From NCBI GenBank assembly GCA_965208105.1, contig OZ242318.1, positions 2,112,001 through 2,176,000 of the forward strand: a stretch of DNA of 64,000 bases. The letters run 5' to 3'. Below, piece by piece: positions 27,621 through 38,438 of this stretch. The stretch comes from Candidatus Latescibacterota bacterium (GTDB taxonomy: Bacteria > Latescibacterota > UBA2968 > UBA8231). A model generated the notes under the pieces. That model saw only the letters and a list, made by a program, of their open reading frames with translations. It did not search any database and had not been told where the DNA came from. The translations under genes and the position numbers were made by a program. Each line of letters opens with the position of its first letter. Within the stretch, counting starts at the first letter, position 1.

Positions 27621-28027
27621 AAGAGCTTTCTCCCTTCGCCTGATCTAACCCAATGATGTGATTTATTTTGATGTGGACAAGGACATCCCGCGCAGATTGT
27701 TGATCTGTGGTTCAGATTAGGATGTCCAGGCAATATTAATGGACGGAGGTTACAACTTTATTGGACGCCGCAAGTATTACTTTGTTTCTCTACAACCCAT
27801 TGTGCACTCAAGCCAATAAATTTCAATATGTTGCGCATGGCCTTAATTTCAATGACTAATATACGAAAATTTTCCGCGATTTGTCAACAGCAGTAAACAT
27901 ATTCTTAATTCCTTTAGAATTCAAACTGCGACACTGCCAGGTTTTCGGTAACAGATTTGCCGCCCGAGTAAATTGGCGAGGCAGGGTCTCCCCGCCTTGC
28001 GCGTCCCCTGACACGGTGAAAGGGTTC

Positions 28028-28501
28028 ATGCCGGGTATTGTTGCCTTTCCTACGATCGTCGAGGAAGCCGTGGACGAGTTCGGCTGGATGTTCGCCAACA
28101 CCCCGGAGCGCTGGCACTTTGCCGAATATCTGACCGGGCTGATGGTCGCCGAGCGCAAGAACGTTTCGGCGATCAACGCCGAGTTTGCCCATACCATCAA
28201 TCCATCCTGCCTGAACCGCTGGATCACCCAGATGCCGTGGGGCGTGGGACAACCCAACGACCATCGTTTGGCCTGGTTGCAGGGTCATTGACCCGCTGTT
28301 CAGCGCGGGGGTGATCGCCAATTACGTGTGTTCGTCAGGGGAACATGATCCTTTGGAGTTTCGCCATTTTCGCAAGCGGTAAGAGGGCGTCGAAGGCGAG
28401 TCGGCTAAGCCCTTCAAGAATCACACGGACCTGTTCAAGGAATTGATAGACTGGGTGATGGAGCGAAAGATTCCGAGTGATTTCGCCTTTGACTGCTACT
28501 T
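28028..28501 (+). pseudogene. IS701-family transposase remnant, interrupted by IS5
   Basis: HFAEYLTGLMVAERKNVS...CLNRW and FAFDCY segments. Confidence 0.65.
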
Positions 28502-28503
28502 TA

Positions 28504-29371
28504 GAAGTTATCTCAAAAATAGGACTATATTTTTTGGCCACACTTAATTATAGAAAGGAGGAGACCGTAACCAAGGAGGCCCACGTTGGATCTTACCGAC
28601 GAGCAGTGGAACGTGCTTGGACCTTTGATCAAGGAGCCCCCGCGCCGTGCGGATGTCCGGGGCCGCCCGCAGGTGCCGCCTCGACCGATCATAGACGCTA
28701 TCTTGTGGGTGCTGCGCACGGGGGCGCCGTGGGCCGATCTGCCGGCTCGTTATCCGCCCTATCAGACCTGTCATCGCCGTTTCCAACAATGGGCGCGCGA
28801 CGGGACGTTGGAGCGGCTCTTGCGCGCGTTGGCCGAGGACCTGCGCGAGCGCGGTGGGATTGACCTCAACGAGTCTTTCATCGACGGGACGTTCGCGCCC
28901 GCCAAAAAAGGGGGCGGCAGGTGGGAAAAACCCGTCGGGGCAAGGGCACCAAGATCATGGCCATTGCAGACGGCGCTGGTCTTCCTGTCGCCCTGTGCAC
29001 GGAAAGCGCTTCGCCCCACGAAGTGACCCTCGTCGAGAGAACGCTCGATGCCCGCTTCCTCGGCGAAGAGCCCCAGCGGCTGATCGGTGACAAAGCCTAT
29101 GACAGCGATCGGCTGGACGCCCATCTCAGGCATCAGCGTGGCATCGAACTCATCGCGCCGAATATCCGCAACGCCGCACGTCGCGCGCCACGACAGAATG
29201 GCCGTCCCCTGCGCCGCTATCGACGGCGATGGAAGGTCGAACGCCTCTTTGCATGGCTTCAAAACTTCCGCCGCTTGGTTGTGCGTTACGAATACCACGT
29301 CGAGAACTTCCTCGGTTTCCTCAGGCTTGGTTGCGTCGTCATACTCCTTCGACGCTTTTTGAGATAACTTC
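28504..29371 (+). mobile_element. Complete IS5-family (IS427-like) element, two ORFs joined by a -1 frameshift
   Basis: 16-bp TIRs GAAGTTATCTCAAAAA, TA target duplication; ORFs 28586..29026 and 28921..29367; A6G slippery site at 28904; GDKAYD and [11 protein letters not shown]. Confidence 0.9.
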
Positions 29372-29457
29372 TATGCACCCTCCCCCAGGGGACCACTGCC
29401 CACATGCGCCTTCAGCCCGAAATGCCAATTCTTCCCTTTCCTCGTTGAGCCCATCTA

Positions 29458-29640
29458 AGGGTCCCCTCGCCGAGCAGCAACCCGCGCTCGGACAAAATCT
29501 TTTCTGTAGGCCGAAACAAGGCTGAGGTCAACCCATGGCGCTCGAGAAAGTGTGGCGAAACTTGCAGATCGTGGTCTCATCCGGAATGTGGTCCGGATCT
29601 CCCCCCAAGCGACGCATCGATTCCACGTCATACAGACTAT
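29458..29640 (-). pseudogene. IS5-family (IS5 subgroup) transposase fragment
   Basis: IPDETTICKFRH/FLERHGL...ERGLLLGEGT across a frameshift. Confidence 0.7.
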
Positions 29641-29929
29641 CTTCCATCGCCGGTCAGGTCCTGCACTTTGATGGGCGTTTTTATCACTCCGCCCGTGCCT
29701 CCCGTTGTTGTCGGAGGCCTCGGCCTCCTGGCCTTTCAGCACCATCAGGGTAGAAGCCAGACCCACCTGCTCACTGAAAGTCTGAATTTCGTTGCGTAGT
29801 CGATCGCTGGGTTGTATTATGCGCATGATAGCGTGAACTCCTTCCTGCCCATCGTGGGCACCAAAGGTTATGGGATTATTCTCTTGGAAGGTACTTCACG
29901 CGGTCACTTTTTGCAGAAAATCTCCAGCG

Positions 29930-30646
29930 CAACCGTCCGGGAAGTGCGCCGACGGGGCATGGCCGTCAACCCGAAGCGCATCCAGCGTATCATGCAAGAG
30001 GAAAAGTTCCAGTCCTGGTCAAACGCTATGTGCGTACTACCTATTCAGCCCGGGGTCTGGCTCCCTATCCCGACCTGATCAAAAGGCTCATCCCCAGCCA
30101 TCCCAACCAGATTTGGTGTGGCGACATCACCTACATTCGGCTGCCCTCCGAGTGGGGCTATCTGGCCGTTTTGTTGGATCTGTTTACCTGCGGCATTCGC
30201 GGCTGGCACCTGGGCCGCAGCTTGACCGAAGAGCTGGTCTATGTCGCTCTGGAACAGGCCCTGGCGCACCATCAGGCGCCGCAGATCTATCACTCCGACC
30301 AGGGTATCCAGTATCTGGCCAACGGCTACGTGAACCGGCTCCAGCCCCAGCAAGTACGGATCAATCTAGCCGCCAAAGGCCGCCCTACGGAGAATGCCTT
30401 TGCCGAGCGCCTCATTCGTACCCTCAAAGGAGAGGAGGTTTATCTCAACGAGTATCGGTCCTTCCAGGAAGCCGATCAGCACATCGGCTAATTTCTGGAA
30501 GAGGTCTACATGAACAAGCGAATCCATTCTGCTCTGGCGTATCGGACGCCGGCTGAATTCGAGGCCCAGTTTAATGCCCGGGGTTAGTTATAATTCCGGG
30601 TCAACTCCATTCCACTAAATGTGTCTAGCTATATGGGGGCACTTCA
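29930..30646 (+). pseudogene. IS3-family OrfB fragment with right end
   Basis: WCGDITYI, HSDQGIQY, ENAFAER; premature stop; terminus ends ...CACTTCA. Confidence 0.8.
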
Positions 30647-31426
30647 ACTTCCGCTGGAGGTGTCTCATCCCAATGAACACGGTCCGCAGCCCTATCAATT
30701 ATTTCCAGAGAATGGCTGTATCTTATGTTCTTTGCCACGGAAGTCCAGGCCTACCCATGTGGATCTATGGCTCCCCTTGCTTACCAATTTTCCATCTGCT
30801 ACAAACCATTCGCCTGCACCGATAGATTCAAGCTCTTGGTAGTACCCATAGGCGCTGCGGTAGGTGCGGTCCTCATGAAGCGTGATGCCGGAGATCACGA
30901 CGCTTTGTGAGTTGAGTTCATCTTTACGAACCCATAGTCCAACACCTGATCTTCCAGGTTTCTTTCTTTTTGTGAAGACCAGGGGTCTTATCCGCAAGCA
31001 ATCAAACCCCATAAGCTCCAATTTGCTACGAAAAATATGATGAATTTCACAGCAAGTCCTCCTCTTAAAATATACAGGTGCCCCAACCGGGGAGAAATTG
31101 GGGCACCTGCACAGAGAGATTTACGGGCACTCTTTACAACAATATCGACCGTTCTGGCCCAATCGCCGCCGTCAGCCGATGGAAAAGCCGAATATTATGC
31201 ACAGAATGGCGAGATAGAAGCCAATGCCCGCTACCGTCGCCCATACTACGTTCAAACGCTCTTGGGGGGTACGCATAATGGGGTCTCCTTCTTTGTGGTA
31301 CGCAGGTTGCCCAATGCCCGTCTTGCCAACCAAGGACCATTATCCCCCTGGTCGGCGGGGCTTATCCAACTCGCTGAGAATCAGAAATGTGGATTGGGCG
31401 AGAAAGAAGGAGAGGAAAGTTTGTGC

Positions 31427-31572
31427 TTGACAAAGCTCCAAACTATCCGTAACTTGGCAGGAATTCATACTAAACCCTCCGTCTAAGGGTTAAGTATTCG
31501 GGCTGGAGGCGCTTTGCCCGCGCTTCCAGCCTTCTTTGTACCCAAGGTAGTATCTGCGCTGGCGCAGGTCAA
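31427..31572. promoter_or_regulatory. Convergent promoter pair defining a leader and a ~75-nt antisense RNA
   Basis: Plus: TTGACA-N17-TAACTT and terminator 31501..31537. Minus: TTGACC-N17-TACCTT, GGAGGG RBS, ATG at 31468. Confidence 0.55.
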
Positions 31573-31798
31573 GTTCTTTTTGGGTACTTTAGCATTTTAA
31601 TAGAACCGGGGCGCCCAACTCCCCAATAGAGCGCCTCGCACAAAGGGCCTAGCAGTCGCGCTCAATGAGGGCAAGCTCAATTGATTGTAGATACGGATAG
31701 TCTCAGCGGTCATACGGACTGCGTCTATCCTCTGGGGCCACGATTAAGCCGTTCCATTCCTCATCCAATGGATCACCAAACGCGGCCGATCCGCCCGG

Positions 31799-32490
31799 GT
31801 GGGTCTGGAAGCCACCGGGGTCTACAGCTTGGAGGTGGCCTTGGCCCTGGACCGCCATCCCCGGACCGAGGTGATGGTCGTCAATCCCAGGGCGATCAAA
31901 AACTATGCAGGCGCTCGTCTGCAGCGCGCCAAGACCGACCCCGTCGACGCCCAACTGATCCTTGATTTTGTCCAGCGCATGGACTTTGTACCCTGGCAAC
32001 CGCCCCTCGACGAGGTTCTGCAGTTACAGGCCATCACACGGCGCATGAACCAACTGAAGGTCGAGGTCAACCGCGAAGCCAATCGTCTACATGCCGAAGG
32101 ATATCGCTCCAGCTCCTCCGCACTGATCGAGCGCGATATCCACGTCCATATCCGCCACATGCAAAGTCGCATCCGGCTGTTGGAAGAAGAAGGGGTCGCG
32201 CTGGTCCTCTCGGTGCCCGAGCTGAGTGAAAAATTTCACCATCTGCTCTCCATCCCCGGCATAGCCCAAACCAGTGCGCTGCGCCTGATCGCTGAGTTGG
32301 CGGTGTTACCCGCCGATATGAAAGCACCCCAATGGGTCGCGCAGGCCGGCTTGGATCCGCGGCCCAAGGAGTCGGGAAACTCCATCCATCCACCGAGACG
32401 CATCACCAAGGCCGGAAATAAATATCTGCGTGCTGCTCTATATATGCCCGCCCTGGTGGCCATTCGTTTTCAGCCCCAGGTCAAAGACGT
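31799..32490 (+). pseudogene. IS110-family transposase, truncated at both ends
   Basis: GLEATGVY, VVNP, AKTDPVDA, SIPGI, AGLDP..ESG.S, KAGNKYLRAALY. Confidence 0.85.
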
Positions 32491-32516
32491 GGTAGGATTT
32501 CCTAAGGGGAGATCTG

Positions 32517-32575
32517 TAGTTGAGCGAAACTGTGGTTAGGCAAATCAATTACCTAACCACAGTTTCGCTCAACTA
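32517..32575. repeat. Perfect 24-bp inverted repeat with 11-nt spacer
   Basis: TAGTTGAGCGAAACTGTGGTTAGG-caaatcaatta-CCTAACCACAGTTTCGCTCAACTA. Confidence 0.9.
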
Positions 32576-32755
32576 GGATGTCCTTCTAGATGGCGGTCTA
32601 TATTTCCATCAAGGCGATCCAGTCGTTCATCAAAGCGTTGTACTGCTCGGTCAATCTCGCCTTTCAAATCTCTCCCGACAAATAGAATAAACCAACTCGA
32701 TTTCCCCTGAAAGATTTATTGATGCGTCCTACGAGATAGGAGCTTCCAAAGAATC

Positions 32756-32956
32756 TCACTCAGCGGGACGGTCGCCGGTTGCGCGCGGCCTGGATTTAAG
32801 CCAGCGTTCGACTTCGGAGGCCTTCCATCGGACCGCTCGATGCCCGATCCGCAGGGGTAGGGGGAATTCACCTTGCCTTAGCAGCCGATAAAGTGCGGAT
32901 CGGCGAAGTCGGATACGGTCTTCGACCTCTTTCCTGGTCATTAACTTGTCTTCCAT
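32756..32956 (-). CDS. AlpA-family regulator/excisionase
   Basis: LMTRKEVEDRIRLRRSALYRLLRQGEFPLPLRIGHRAVRWKASEVERW; AGGAGG RBS. Confidence 0.9.
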   Translation of the reverse strand: MEDKLMTRKEVEDRIRLRRSALYRLLRQGEFPLPLRIGHRAVRWKASEVERWLKSRPRATGDRPAE

Positions 32957-33224
32957 TTCACCTCCTCCTTTGTTGGTTTCTTCCCCCAAGATGCCGAAAA
33001 CAGATGTAATAACAAGGTTAAAAAATACGTCTATTTTTTTACTACGAAATAAGTAAAATTTGACTTGCTGGATTCCCCATGCCGCTTAGTATACCACGAG
33101 TCAACTGCAAAAAATCTTTAAAGCAGGAGGCTTTATAATGCACCACGCACTTATAGCCGTAATTTTGATAGGATGCACCGCTATGAACGTAACGACCCGA
33201 GGCAATTCCATAGTGCTTGGTGAG

Positions 33225-34333
33225 TGGAGTTACCCCGGTTTGGTGGACAGTTTTGCACCTGAGATTTCCGGGCGTTCCTTCCATCTCATTTCATAGCTGA
33301 TGGGCGACAAATAGTCTATGGCCGAGTGGCTACGATGGGGGTTGTACCAACCCTCGAAAAACGGAAAAGGGCGATGGAGGTGTATTGGCAGCCTTGATCG
33401 GAATGATGAATCACGTCCTGCGGTCGACGCTGAGCCAGGGCCATATTGAGGGCATCCAGCACCAACTCGGCACCTAAATGGGCGGCCATAGCCCAGCCGA
33501 TGATGCGCCGACTGAAGGCATCCAGGACGACGGCCAGGTAGGTGGAAGCCCGCCCAGGTAGCCACGTAGGTGATGTCGGCCACCCACAAACGATCGGGGC
33601 CGTCCGCGCTGAAATCCCGGTCCACCAGATCAGGGGCTGGACGCCGATCTTTGGCCCGGCGGGTGGTGGTAACCCAGGGACGACGACTCACCCCTTGCAA
33701 GCCCGCTTGGCGCAACAGGCGCGCCACCCTCTTGGCGCCCACGTGAACGCCTTCCTGACGCAACTGAGCAAGGATGCGCGGGGTGCCATAGGTGCCATCC
33801 GACCAGGCATGGATCGCCTCGATGTGGGCTTGGAGCCGGGCATCGGCTTGGCGACGAGCTGAAGGATGCCGTACGCGCCACGCATAGTAGCCGCTGGTGG
33901 AGACACCCAGCACACGGCACAGCGTGGTCACCGGATAGAGGGCCTGATACGCCTTCACGAATTCGAAGGCTCTGTGGGCATCGAATCGGTCTCCCGAGCG
34001 AACCAGGCCGCTGCTTTTGCCAGGATGTCGCGCTCGGTGCGCAACTGCTTGATCTGGCGACGCAGGCGTCCGTATTTCGGCGCGTTCGGAGGTGGTCAAG
34101 CCATCGTGGCGCCGGCCGCTCCGGCCGCTATCGAGGTCGGCCTGTTTTACCCAGGTTTGGATCGTCTGAGCGGAGGGCTCGAACTCTTTGGCCAAGGAGC
34201 CAGGCGAGCGTCCGGAGCGGACCAGCTCGATCATCTGCTGGCGAAATTCGGGGGGATAGGGAATACGTGATTTAGGCATGGGGGGCTCCTTTTCATCAAG
34301 TGATAAGGTACCCACCAAACCGGGTCAGCTCCG
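33225..34333 (-). mobile_element. IS3-family element with frameshifts and internal deletion
   Basis: Imperfect TIRs TGGAGTTACCCCGGTTTGGTGG / CCACCAAACCGGGTCAGCTCCG; YPPEFRQQMIEL and WVADITYV motifs. Confidence 0.85.
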
Positions 34334-34975
34334 GGGGCATGACCTGCCCGGCATTGCGGTAAGCAAAATATTCATCGGTGACCAGGGCGGATTTTGCAAC
34401 CTTGGACTTCTCCTTGATGAAGCCCAGTAGGGTGCGGCTCTTGGTGTCGTGGGTCACCCTGGCTTGACTTCCCCGCCGCGCGGGACGGCACCGGCCACGG
34501 AAGCCTTGCCCGAAGCGCCCGGCGGCGCATGGTGCGGGAATTCTTGTAGCAGACCTTCCCGCCCACCTATTTCGATAATGCCTTGGACCAATCCGCCCTC
34601 GTCTGTGACCATTGCGGACCGAATGCACTGTTGCATCCTCCATGCGGTTTTCTGGTTCAACTCCAGACCCCGGGCAAGCTCATAGCTGGACAGGCTTTCA
34701 CTTTCATTGGGGTCGGCCATAAGGGCTATGGCCAGGAACCACTTTTTTAGTTCAATATGGGTCCCCTGGAAAATGGTCCCTGTAAGCACATTGAAACTGT
34801 TGGTGCACTCGTTGCAGTTCCACCGACCCAACCGGTTGCTTTCGTTCTTCTGTCTCACCCTTTCACTGCCACAGAAGGGGCAATAAGCCTGCATGGGCCA
34901 ACGGACTTTTTCAAGGTGATCGATGCAGGCTTGCTGGTCGGGGAACTGTTGAAAAATGGTAGTCAGGCTCATCAT
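34334..34975 (-). pseudogene. IS1595-family transposase remnant cut by IS3
   Basis: CPFCG/CNEC Zn ribbon, TGTIFQGTHI.L.KWF, LVTDEYFAY. Confidence 0.8.
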
Positions 34976-35378
34976 TACCCCTTCAACTACTACAAATATA
35001 CTATCCAAAGGGGTTGTGTTAAATCATTTTCTCCTTATTTCCTTTTACTAAAAAAGAAAGAACCTATTTGCTTGCTATAGCGCTCTCGTTGACCATTGCC
35101 ATCCTGCCATGCTTTCTGTCTTGACGCATTCAACCATGGTCTTCGGAATCCTGCAACAAGCCATCCAGAGCTCGCCCTATGGAAGTACGGCAAATTGGGT
35201 CGGTAAATTAGGCTGTTTGAAAGGGGACCTCGATAGACGAGAGAGTGTTCGCATCCTGGAAGTCGGCAACGGACCGCAAGGGAGTAGACATAAATTTTAC
35301 AGTAAGGTTGGCCGATCCTTGCCTCCTGTCCAATCCAGGGCTCCCAAAACCAGGTGGGTGATGGGCCTTCCATCCTGA

Positions 35379-35984
35379 TCAATAGAAAATTGCAAATCCA
35401 GACCTCCCCATACAGTAAAGAGTGTGTTCTTCCACCCCTGGGGGTGGTCCTACCGAAGCCATGGAGTAGCCATATCCGGGCCGCTTCATCGAGGGGAGGC
35501 GGTCCTTCTTCACCTTTTGGATAGCCGCCCGGACCGCATCGGGGGATAGGTATAATACCTCCGCTATTCTCTCGATCGCTTCCTCACCCGTGAGTCCATC
35601 TGCCCGTAGCAGCCGATGGCCATACACAATTCGATCGTTGCGATCATCATTTTCGGGCCGACCACGCGTCTTCGGCTTTTGTAGTTTTCCCACGGTTACC
35701 CAAAGGGACCAACCCACCAAGATTTTGGGTACCCTTTCTCTTCGTTCTAAGAGCCTGGATATCAGATTGACCAAACCTTCCCAAGCCCAGATCTTGGTAA
35801 GTGCCCATTCCATGTACCAGACCAGCAGGTCATGGCGAACGAGACAATGTGGCTCCTCGGCGTAGCACTGGTTGGGTGGGATTCGCAAATACCGCGTGGG
35901 CAGATCCGCCAGGGTCGGGTACCAAATATTCTCCATGCGTAAAAATGCGCGCATGTCCTCGTCCAATTCCCTCTTTTTATCCAT
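35379..35984 (-). CDS. Hypothetical protein with possible C-terminal HTH, coupled to the integrase
   Basis: Overlaps the integrase stop; RGRP...EEAIERIAEVLYLSPDAVRAAI. Confidence 0.7.
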   Translation of the reverse strand: MDKKRELDEDMRAFLRMENIWYPTLADLPTRYLRIPPNQCYAEEPHCLVRHDLLVWYMEWALTKIWAWEGLVNLISRLLERRERVPKILVGWSLWVTVGKLQKPKTRGRPENDDRNDRIVYGHRLLRADGLTGEEAIERIAEVLYLSPDAVRAAIQKVKKDRLPSMKRPGYGYSMASVGPPPGVEEHTLYCMGRSGFAIFY

Positions 35985-37137
35985 AATTGTGCTCCAGAAA
36001 AGCCGCCCACTTATCCATCAACACCCGGCGCCGGTCACGCAGATCACTTCGCGCGTAAGCTCTTTCGACGGGGCTTCCCGCCAAGTGGGAAAGTGCCAGC
36101 TCCATGACGGCGTTCTCGGTATCCGTGCGCTCGGCGGCCCAATCCCTGAAGGTCGAGCGAAATCCGTGGACCGTCGCCCGCTCGGCGAGCCCGTTATCCC
36201 TTAATACCTTGGTCAGGGTCATATTGCTCAGTGGGTTTCCTGGTCGCGTGGGAGACGGAAAGATCAGCCCGCTGCCTTCGTCAAGGACCTGGGCCTGATC
36301 GAGCACGTCCATCGCCGCATCGCTCAGCGGCTGACGATGCTCAACAGGCCTCTTCATCCGCTCGGCGGGGATCCGCCATTCCCGAGCCTCGAGATCGATC
36401 TCCCCCCAGGTTGCTCCCCGTGCCTCCCCGGACCTTGCCGCGGTCAATACGAGGAACCGAAGACACAGCTTCGCCGCCGGAGAAGCCCTCGACTCCGCAA
36501 TCACACGCAACGCCTCGGCGGCTTCCCTGTAGGGAAGCGCCCGGTGGTGCTGATTGACGGCTCTCATGGTTGGCAGGGCGCCGTCAATGGCCTCGCCGGC
36601 CGGGTTGTGGTCGACGAACCCGTGAGCCTGGCACCAGCGCAACGTGGCCTTGATGGTCCGTCGCACCCGTCGCGCAGTTTCCGGCTTGACGGACCAGATC
36701 GGCGTCAAGACGGCCAGCACATCCTCGCCCCGGATCTGGTCCACCGCCATATCCCCCAGACGCCCGAAGGCATGGCGCTCCAGTTGCTGCATCCAGTTGG
36801 TCGCCACTTTGGCGCTGCGCCAGCTCGGCTTTTTCGCCTCGAAGGTCCGCACGGCCGCTTGTCTGAAGGTCGGAGTTAGAGCCCTTCGCTTTAGAACGAG
36901 CGGGTCTCCTCCCGAGCGGGCGAGCCGGCGATTATCAAACGCCTTGTCGCGAGCCTCAGCCAGACTCACCAAGGGATAGCCGCCCAGCCCGAGGTCCCTG
37001 CGGCGGCCTCCGATGGTTAGTCGCTGTATCCAGGACTTGGACCCGCCCGGTGCGACGTACAGGAACAGCGTCCCGCCGTCTCCGTACCGGCCCGGTTTTG
37101 AGATTGATTTCACCTTTGCTGCCGTCAGCTTTCCCAT
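35977..37137 (-). CDS. P4-family tyrosine integrase with arm-binding domain
   Basis: DGGTLFL..GLGGYPLVSLAEAR; intact ARSGE, RMK, HGFR, LSH and RAY catalytic set. Confidence 0.95.
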   Translation of the reverse strand: MGKLTAAKVKSISKPGRYGDGGTLFLYVAPGGSKSWIQRLTIGGRRRDLGLGGYPLVSLAEARDKAFDNRRLARSGGDPLVLKRRALTPTFRQAAVRTFEAKKPSWRSAKVATNWMQQLERHAFGRLGDMAVDQIRGEDVLAVLTPIWSVKPETARRVRRTIKATLRWCQAHGFVDHNPAGEAIDGALPTMRAVNQHHRALPYREAAEALRVIAESRASPAAKLCLRFLVLTAARSGEARGATWGEIDLEAREWRIPAERMKRPVEHRQPLSDAAMDVLDQAQVLDEGSGLIFPSPTRPGNPLSNMTLTKVLRDNGLAERATVHGFRSTFRDWAAERTDTENAVMELALSHLAGSPVERAYARSDLRDRRRVLMDKWAAFLEHNYG

Positions 37138-37288
37138 AATTTTTCCCCACAATTTAACCCACGTAATAGTAAGGAATATAACGGAATCGTCGGAAAACCG
37201 CAAACCGAACGGAGAACGACAACTTATTTATGGAAAAGAAGTTAAGAGCGCTAAAGGGAACAGAAGGGAATCGTGAGAACGATCAGGA

Positions 37289-37377
37289 TGGTGCCGAGGG
37301 CCGGACTCGAACCGGCACGGCCGATTGCGGCCAACGGATTTTAAGTCCGTCGCGTCTACCAATTCCGCCACCCCGGC
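37289..37377 (-). tRNA. tRNA-Leu(TAA)
   Basis: GCCGGGGTGGCGGAATTGGTAGACGCG...CT-TAA-AA...GTTCGAGTCC...CCA; long variable arm. Confidence 0.97.
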
Positions 37378-37395
37378 GCCGGCTCTGACGAAAAA

Positions 37396-37470
37396 TGGAG
37401 GCGACGCCCGGACTCGAACCGGGGAATAAGGGCTTTGCAGGCCCCTGCCTTACCACTTGGCCACGCCGCC
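37396..37470 (-). tRNA. tRNA-Cys(GCA)
   Basis: GGCGGCGTGGCCAAGTGGTAAGGC...CT-GCA-AA...GTTCGAGTCC...TCCA. Confidence 0.97.
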
Positions 37471-37503
37471 TCGTCAAGATATCTTCAACCGCTGGCGACC
37501 GAA

Positions 37504-37532
37504 AACATATGGAGTGGGCCGTACTCTGTCAA
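37504..37532 (-). promoter_or_regulatory. Promoter of the tRNA-Cys/Leu pair
   Basis: TTGACA-N17-TATGTT. Confidence 0.6.
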
Positions 37533-37614
37533 CCTTCCCGCGCTTTGCCCTCTTCCAATTTTTGCTATATTTGAGCCGGACGAAATGACCCATCCGCCCG
37601 GGGAGCCCCTATCC

Positions 37615-38409
37615 ATGCAGCAATACCTGGATCTTGTCCGTTATGTCCTTGACAACGGCATCGAGAAGGACGACCGCACCTGCGTCGGCGCCCTGACCGT
37701 CTTCGGTTACCAGATGCGCTTCGACCTCTCTGCGGGCTTCCCCTGCCTGACCACCAAGAAAATCCACCTCAGGTCCATCATTCGAGAACTGCTGTGGTTT
37801 CTCAAGGGCGATACCAATGTCGCCTACCTGCAAAAGCACGGGGTCAGCATCTGGGACGAATGGGCCGATCCCGGCGGCGACCTGGGACCGATCTACGGCA
37901 AGCAGTGGCGCGCGTGGGAATGCGGCGACGGCCGCTCCATCGACCAGATCGGGCACGTCGTCGACCTCATCAGGAACGACCCCGCCAGCCGCCGCCTGGT
38001 CGTCAGCGCCTGGAATGTGGGCGATCTCGATCACATGACCCTCACCCCCTGCCACTGCCTCTTTCAGTTCTCCGTCCACGGCGGCCAGCTGAGTTGTCAG
38101 CTCTACCAGCGCAGCTGTGACGTGGGCCTCGGGGTGCCTTTCAACATCGCCAGCTACAGCCTCCTCACCATGATGGTGGCCCAGGTCTGCGGCCTGGAAC
38201 CGGGCCATTTCATCTGGACCGGCGGAGATACTCATATCTATCTCAACCACGTGGAAGCGCTACGTGAGCAACTCGAACGCCAACCCAGACCCTTGCCCAC
38301 AATGCTCATCAATGATCGCGGCCAGGATATCTTCCACTTTCGCTACGACGACTTTCAGCTCCTCGACTACAATCCACATCCCCCCATATCCATGGAAATA
38401 GCCGTCTGA
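37615..38409 (+). CDS. thyA: Thymidylate synthase
   Basis: [38 protein letters not shown]. Confidence 0.97.
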   Translation: MQQYLDLVRYVLDNGIEKDDRTCVGALTVFGYQMRFDLSAGFPCLTTKKIHLRSIIRELLWFLKGDTNVAYLQKHGVSIWDEWADPGGDLGPIYGKQWRAWECGDGRSIDQIGHVVDLIRNDPASRRLVVSAWNVGDLDHMTLTPCHCLFQFSVHGGQLSCQLYQRSCDVGLGVPFNIASYSLLTMMVAQVCGLEPGHFIWTGGDTHIYLNHVEALREQLERQPRPLPTMLINDRGQDIFHFRYDDFQLLDYNPHPPISMEIAV

Positions 38410-38438
38410 GCACCACCCTCCTTCATCGCGACATCACC

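Larger units (their letters stand above)
23574..37304. mobile_element. Genomic island (~13.7 kb) integrated at tRNA-Leu(TAA)
   Basis: TGGTGCCGAGGG(T/C)CGG direct repeats at 23574 and 37289; P4-type integrase next to the tRNA; AlpA gene. Confidence 0.85.

Noticed and set aside
31600-31800. IS110 bridge-RNA-encoding end
   Set aside because: The transposase is truncated and I cannot define the element ends or binding loops by eye.
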